From the NCBI GenBank assembly GCA_963769425.1, contig CAVYLP010000006.1:256001-320000 (forward strand): a stretch of DNA of 64,000 nucleotides. The letters run 5' to 3'. Shown piece after piece: positions 59,084 through 64,000 of this stretch. Position 1 is the stretch's first letter; each line of letters begins with the position of its first letter. Source of the stretch: Candidatus Bathyarchaeota archaeon. Lineage in GTDB: Archaea > Thermoproteota > Bathyarchaeia > TCS64. The position numbers and the translations under genes were made by a program. The notes under the pieces were generated by a model. The model had not been told where the DNA came from. It ran no database searches and saw only the letters and a list, made by a program, of their open reading frames with translations.

Positions 59084-62000
59084 CGCGTTTTCCACCCATT
59101 GTCATGAACAGCTCGACGCTGCCCGTACCGAGCGGCATCGACTGTCCGACGATGATGTTCTCGATGACACCTTTAAGCGGATCGGTTTCACCGCGGAGCG
59201 CCGCTGAGACGAGGTGCTGGATCGTCAACTCGAAGGCAGCCCTAGCTAGGACGCTGCTCTTCTCGCCGCTGATGCCGTGGCGCCCGATCTGCTGCACCTC
59301 ACCCATCTTCGTCATTATATCAGCTACCAGCATCACGTGCCTGACGTCGACGTCTAGGCCCTGCTCCTCGAGAACGTTGTGGGCTTCCTTGATGAGGGCG
59401 TTGCGAGCCGCCTCGATGCCGAATATCTCGGCGATCTCATGTATGTTGTTCGTCGTGGTCCTCATCGCATCGACGCCGTCGATCTTTATTACCTCCTCGA
59501 GGTTGCTGCCGTCGGTTCTGATGATCCACTCCCCCTCCTCCTGGAGGGTTAGGACACGCTTGATCTCGGGTATGCCCCTGATCTTCGCCTGCCCTACGGT
59601 CTGCGTTAGGACCTCAGGGTTACCGGATTTTTCCTCGTCGAGGCTGACGGTGTAGATGTGGTCCGACTCCTTCTCGAACTTCGTCGGGAATGCGCCCTCG
59701 ATCTCCTTCTCAGTGACGCTTAGCGACTCCATTCTGGCGGGGTCAATCTCGATCCTGACCAAGTTTGCATTGAAGTCTACGTTGACTCCGCTGACGACGT
59801 CGTCTAGGGTCGTGTATGTGAGTTTCTGGGCGACCTCGCGGGCGAGCTTCTCACTCTTCTTGTGCTTGTTATCGAGGTGGATCTCCATGACCGGGGTCGA
59901 TGGGGTCCTCCTCGCGTCAACGATCTCGATGAGACGCGGCAGGCCGAGGGTTACGTTCTGCTCAGCGACACCTGCGTAGTGGAAGGTACGTAGCGTCATT
60001 TGCGTGCCGGGCTCGCCTATGCTCTGCGCGGCGAGTATGCCTACTGCTTCTCCAGGCTCGACGAGGCTGTAGTCGTAGTTCTTCATCGCCGACTCGACCA
60101 GATGGTCAACACCCGCCTTCGGTAGACCCGAGACCTTGAGCAGCGTCTTCAGCTCGTTCATGAGGCTGAGGGGCAGCACGGTCATCTCTTCTACCTTCTT
60201 GTCGATGTAGTCCTCGGATGCAGCCGTGCCCTTCTTCTCGCTGAGCTTGGCGCGGTCGATGAGCTGAACGACGTTTACAGCCTTGCCGTGGTCGCTCTTG
60301 CTCGGGTCGATGCCGTCCTCGCCGTACTGGAACTGGATGATGTCGCCGATGCTGTTGCGGACCGTGCCGTCGTACTCGACGCGTAGGTGCTCGAGAGCGT
60401 TGATGAGCCTGCGCTGCATGTAGCCGCTCTGCTGTGTGCGTACAGCCGTGTCGACTAGGCCCTCGCGGCCACCCATGCTGTGGAAGAAGTACTCGAGCGG
60501 CGTGAGGCCGTCGCGGTAGCAGTTGTAGACGAAGCCCCTCGCCTGAGGAGTTGGGTCGCCGTCCTTGAAGTGGGGTAGGGTACGGTTCTCGTAGCCCCTC
60601 ATGATGCGTTTACCACGGATGGACTGCTGTCCGACGCTGCCCATCATCTGGCCGATGTTGAGGCTGCTTCCGCGGGCTCCGGTCCGGGTCATTATGATGC
60701 CTGAGTTACCCAGTCCGAGCCCCTGCTCGACTGTTTCACCCGCCTTGTCACGGGCCTGAGCAAGCTCATTCATGACCTTGATCTCGAAGGTCTCCGACAT
60801 CGTTTGGCCGGGGAGGCGCTCAAGCGTGCCTGTCTCGGCCTGATCTATGAGGTTCTCGACGCTCTTCTCCATCCGCCTCATGACCGAGTTGATTGTGTTG
60901 CGCTCCTTTTCCGCGATGTTTAGCTCGTCTATGCTGTAGCTGAAGCCGCGTATGGTGAGGAAGCCGTTAATTAGGCGAGTGATGCCGTTGAGGAAGTCGT
61001 GTCCGACGTCCGTGCCATAGTCCTTGATGATGCGGTGGAAGATGGTCTCCGCTCTCTCGGCTCCGATGCTGTTCTTGTCGATGACCCCGCTAAGGAGTTC
61101 ACCGTGCTGAATCATGACGTATGAATCATACTGGCAGGCCTCCTTGTCACAGGTCGGGCAGTGGCGGCAGACGTTGGCTCGACTTACGAAGTTGAAGTCC
61201 TTTGGTAGGAATAGGCTGAAGATCTGCTTGCCGCTCCACTGCTTCACCGGCTTCTCGATGATGGGCGTGGGTATCTCTCCACGGTAGTTGGCGTGTGCGA
61301 GAAGCTTGCCGACCTCCTTCGCCGTGAGGAGAGTCTCCTTCCGGGTTAGGAGGTAGGCGCCGCTGATGAAGTCCTTCGTCGCCCCGATGATTGGTGCGCC
61401 GTAGCGTGGGCTGAGGATCTGGTCCTGCACCTGCATGAGGAGCCGGGCCTCGGTCTGGGCCTCCTTGCTCTGGGGGATGTGAAGGTTCATCTCGTCCCCG
61501 TCGAAGTCAGCGTTATAGGGCGGGCAGACTGCGAGATGCATCCTGAAGGTCTTGTAGGGTAGTACCCTGACCCTGTGGGCCATGATGCTCATCCTGTGCA
61601 GCGAGGGCTGCCTGTTGAAGAGGGCGATGTCGCCGTCCTTGAGGTGGCGCTCGATTATGAAGCCGGGCTCCAGGGTGTCGGCTATTCCACTCCTGTCCTG
61701 GACGAACTCTAGCCTGATCCTCTTCTGGTCGGGGCGTACGACGTAGAGTGCCCCCGGGTGCTTGTATGGGCCGTTTAGTGTGAGCCTCTTCATCTCTTCG
61801 AGGTTCCTCGGCGTGACCACGTCGGGTACGGTGAGCCTGACGGCGATCGCCACCGGGACTCCGACCTCGTTTATGTCGATGTTCGGGTCGGGGCTGATGA
61901 CCGTACGCGCACTGTAGTCTACACGCTTACCGGATAGGTTGCCCCTGAACCTGCCCTCCTTGCCCTTGAGGCGCTGAGCTAGGCTCTTGAGAGTCCTGCC

Positions 62001-62949
62001 GCTCCTGTGGCGGGCCGGCGGGATGCCGGATACCTCGTTGTTGAAGTAGGTGGTCACGTGGTACTGGAGTAGCTCGGATAGGTCCTCGATGATGAGGGTC
62101 GGTGCGCCAGCGTCGATGTTCTCGCGCAGGCGCTGGTTGATCCTGATGATGTCTACGAGTTTGTGGGTGAGGTCGTCCTCAGCCCTGATGCCTGACTCGA
62201 GGATGATGCTTGGCCTGACGTCCACTGGGGGTACGGGCAGGACCTGTAGGACCATCCACTCTGGGCGCGCGACCTCGGGCTCGAAGTCTACGAGGCGCAG
62301 GTCGTCGTCGGGTATCCTCTCGAACCACTCCCTGATCATGTTGGCGGTGAGCCTGCTCGCGGCCTCCTCGCCCTCGACGGCGATGGCTTCGCCTCCCTCT
62401 TTAACCTCCTCTTCCTCCTCGCCGGCTGCTTCCGACTCGAAGAAGGTTGTTGGCTTCGCGAACCTCACGTTCGTCTGGGGCATGCCGCAGTGCGGGCACT
62501 CCTTGCCCCGCTTGTACTTCTTCGCGACCTTCAGAATCTCGTTGATCGTGTCGTCGGTGACCTTGCCGAAGAGCTTGAGGTCCTCCTCCCTCTTCCTCGT
62601 GAAGTAGGCGATGCTCTCATTCCCCTCGTTAGGGACGAGGATGCGGCCGCAGCCGCGGCATGTGGCGGTGAGGAGTCTGATAGATCTGTTTGGCGAATTC
62701 GACGTGTATAACGGGTACCGCGAGTTCGATGTGGCCGAAGTGGCCTGGGCAGTTGAGTGCGATGTTTCCGCAGGTCTGGCAGCGCTGACGGGGCTCAAGT
62801 GTGCCCAGACGGTGGTCCATTAGACCCCCAGCGATCGGCGCGCCGTCCTCGTCGTATGTGTCACTTGTCTGTATCTCAACCGCGCTGAGCTTCCTGACCT
62901 CATCCGGGGGGAGGATGCCGAACTTTATGCTGTCGATGATCTTGCTCAT
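59076..62949 (-). CDS. rpoA: DNA-directed RNA polymerase subunit A, unsplit A'/A'' (Rpo1); frameshift near 62680
   Basis: CQTCG...[10 protein letters not shown] (62629-62949 frame) joins CRGCG, NADFDGD, TAVRT and the A'' part [17 protein letters not shown]...ARAAFE in one reading frame. Confidence 0.95.
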
Positions 62950-62950
62950 T

Positions 62951-64000
62951 TTACTCGAACTCCTTTGTCAGCTGGAGGCTTGGGGAGAGGCAGAGGCTCT
63001 GCATCTCCTGCAGCAGCAGCTTGAACGCGTAGCTTATCGTCACGGGCTCTATCTCGCCCTTGCCCTCGCAGATGGGGCACACGTACTTGCGCTGTCTGAT
63101 GTCGTAGTAGGCCTGCTTTCCACATTTCTCGCAGACGTAGATGCTGTAGGCATCTGATTCCTCGAGGAGCCTGTCCTTGAGGAGCATGGCAGCTCCGTGG
63201 CCGACGAGACAGTCGCGCTCCATCTCTCCGAACCTGAGACCTCCGCCCCTTGCGCGGCCCTCGGTCGGCTGGCGCGTGAGCATCTGTACCTGACCGCGTG
63301 CGCGTGCGTGTATCTTGTCGACGACCATGTGGTGTAGCTTCTGGTAGTAGACGACTCCGACGAAGACATCGGCCTCGAACATACGTCCGCTCTGGCCGTC
63401 GAACATGATCTCCTTGCCGCCGGGGTGGTAGCCCATCTTTACGAGCGACTCGGCGAGGCTCTTCGCGTCCTCGTTGTCGAAGGGGGTGCCATCGACCGGC
63501 TCGCCGCGGAGGCTTCCGGTCTTTCCGGCGAGGCTCTCCATGAACTGACCTACAGTCATTCGGCTAGGGAAGGCGTGTGGGTTGATCATGATGTCTGGGA
63601 TGGTACCGTGGACGCTGAAGGGCATATCCTCGGGGTTGACGAGCATGCCGATGACGCCCTTCTGGCCGTGACGGCTGACGAATTTATCGCCCAGCTCGGG
63701 TACGCGGTTGCTGCGCACCTTGACCTTTACGAGCTGGCTGCCCTCAATGTCCTTCGTGATGAATATGCCATCGACGGTACCCTCCTCTGTTGGACGTACG
63801 CCGATCGACTGTGTCGCGGAGCTGTGGTCCCCTGACCTCAAGGCCACCGTACTCCTCCATGAACCTGGGTGGGCTTGTGCGACCGATGAGTATGTCTCCG
63901 CCCTTGACCTCGGCCTCGTCGGCGATGAGACCGTCGTGCTCAAGCTGGCGGTAGGCTTCTGCACCATGGTAGCCGCGTATGCCCTCCTCGGGGATGGTGA
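62951..64000 (-). CDS. rpoB: DNA-directed RNA polymerase subunit B, C-terminal part (partial; frameshift near 63810)
   Basis: [28 protein letters not shown] and [21 protein letters not shown] motifs. Confidence 0.97.
   Translation of the reverse strand, partial: SPSPRRAYAATMVQKPTASLSTTVSSPTRPRSRAETYSSVAQAHPGSWRSTVALRSGDHSSATQSIGVRPTEEGTVDGIFITKDIEGSQLVKVKVRSNRVPELGDKFVSRHGQKGVIGMLVNPEDMPFSVHGTIPDIMINPHAFPSRMTVGQFMESLAGKTGSLRGEPVDGTPFDNEDAKSLAESLVKMGYHPGGKEIMFDGQSGRMFEADVFVGVVYYQKLHHMVVDKIHARARGQVQMLTRQPTEGRARGGGLRFGEMERDCLVGHGAAMLLKDRLLEESDAYSIYVCEKCGKQAYYDIRQRKYVCPICEGKGEIEPVTISYAFKLLLQEMQSLCLSPSLQLTKEFE

Overview
Archaeal chromosomal segment, most consistent with a TACK-group archaeon such as Bathyarchaeia. 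This placement is inferred from the archaeal-type r-proteins, aIF1A/aIF2/aIF5B, PriS/PriL, GINS, Nop10, KEOPS and an unsplit Rpo1. Most of the window is conserved housekeeping clusters: rps15-DHH-pcc1-rps3ae, kae1-bud32-rdgB, glmM-glmU, hsp20-cdc48, infB-rps6e, eif2g-PIN-rpl15e, priL-priS-gins-rpl44e-rps27e-eif2a-nop10 and rpoB-rpoA-rpl30e-nusA. Accessory inserts include a VapBC toxin-antitoxin pair, MFS and ABC transporters, a P3A H+-ATPase, an F420-type oxidoreductase plus DhaKL next to tRNA-Val(CAC), and a Liv-type ABC system. Six genes, several of them essential, carry single frameshifts that are most likely assembly errors. Two candidates stand out for undescribed biology. The first is a three-gene insert between rps6e and eif2g encoding a 7TM plus inactive KaiC-like (DUF835-type) protein, a GH3-family acyl-acid amido synthetase and a single-domain KaiC ATPase. 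The second is a set of non-coding, helically phased arrays of short degenerate repeats at about 4.07-4.58 kb and 57.88-58.21 kb, associated with a shared GGAAAAACG(T/G)TAT motif. Protein family calls come from motif recognition only; no searches were run.
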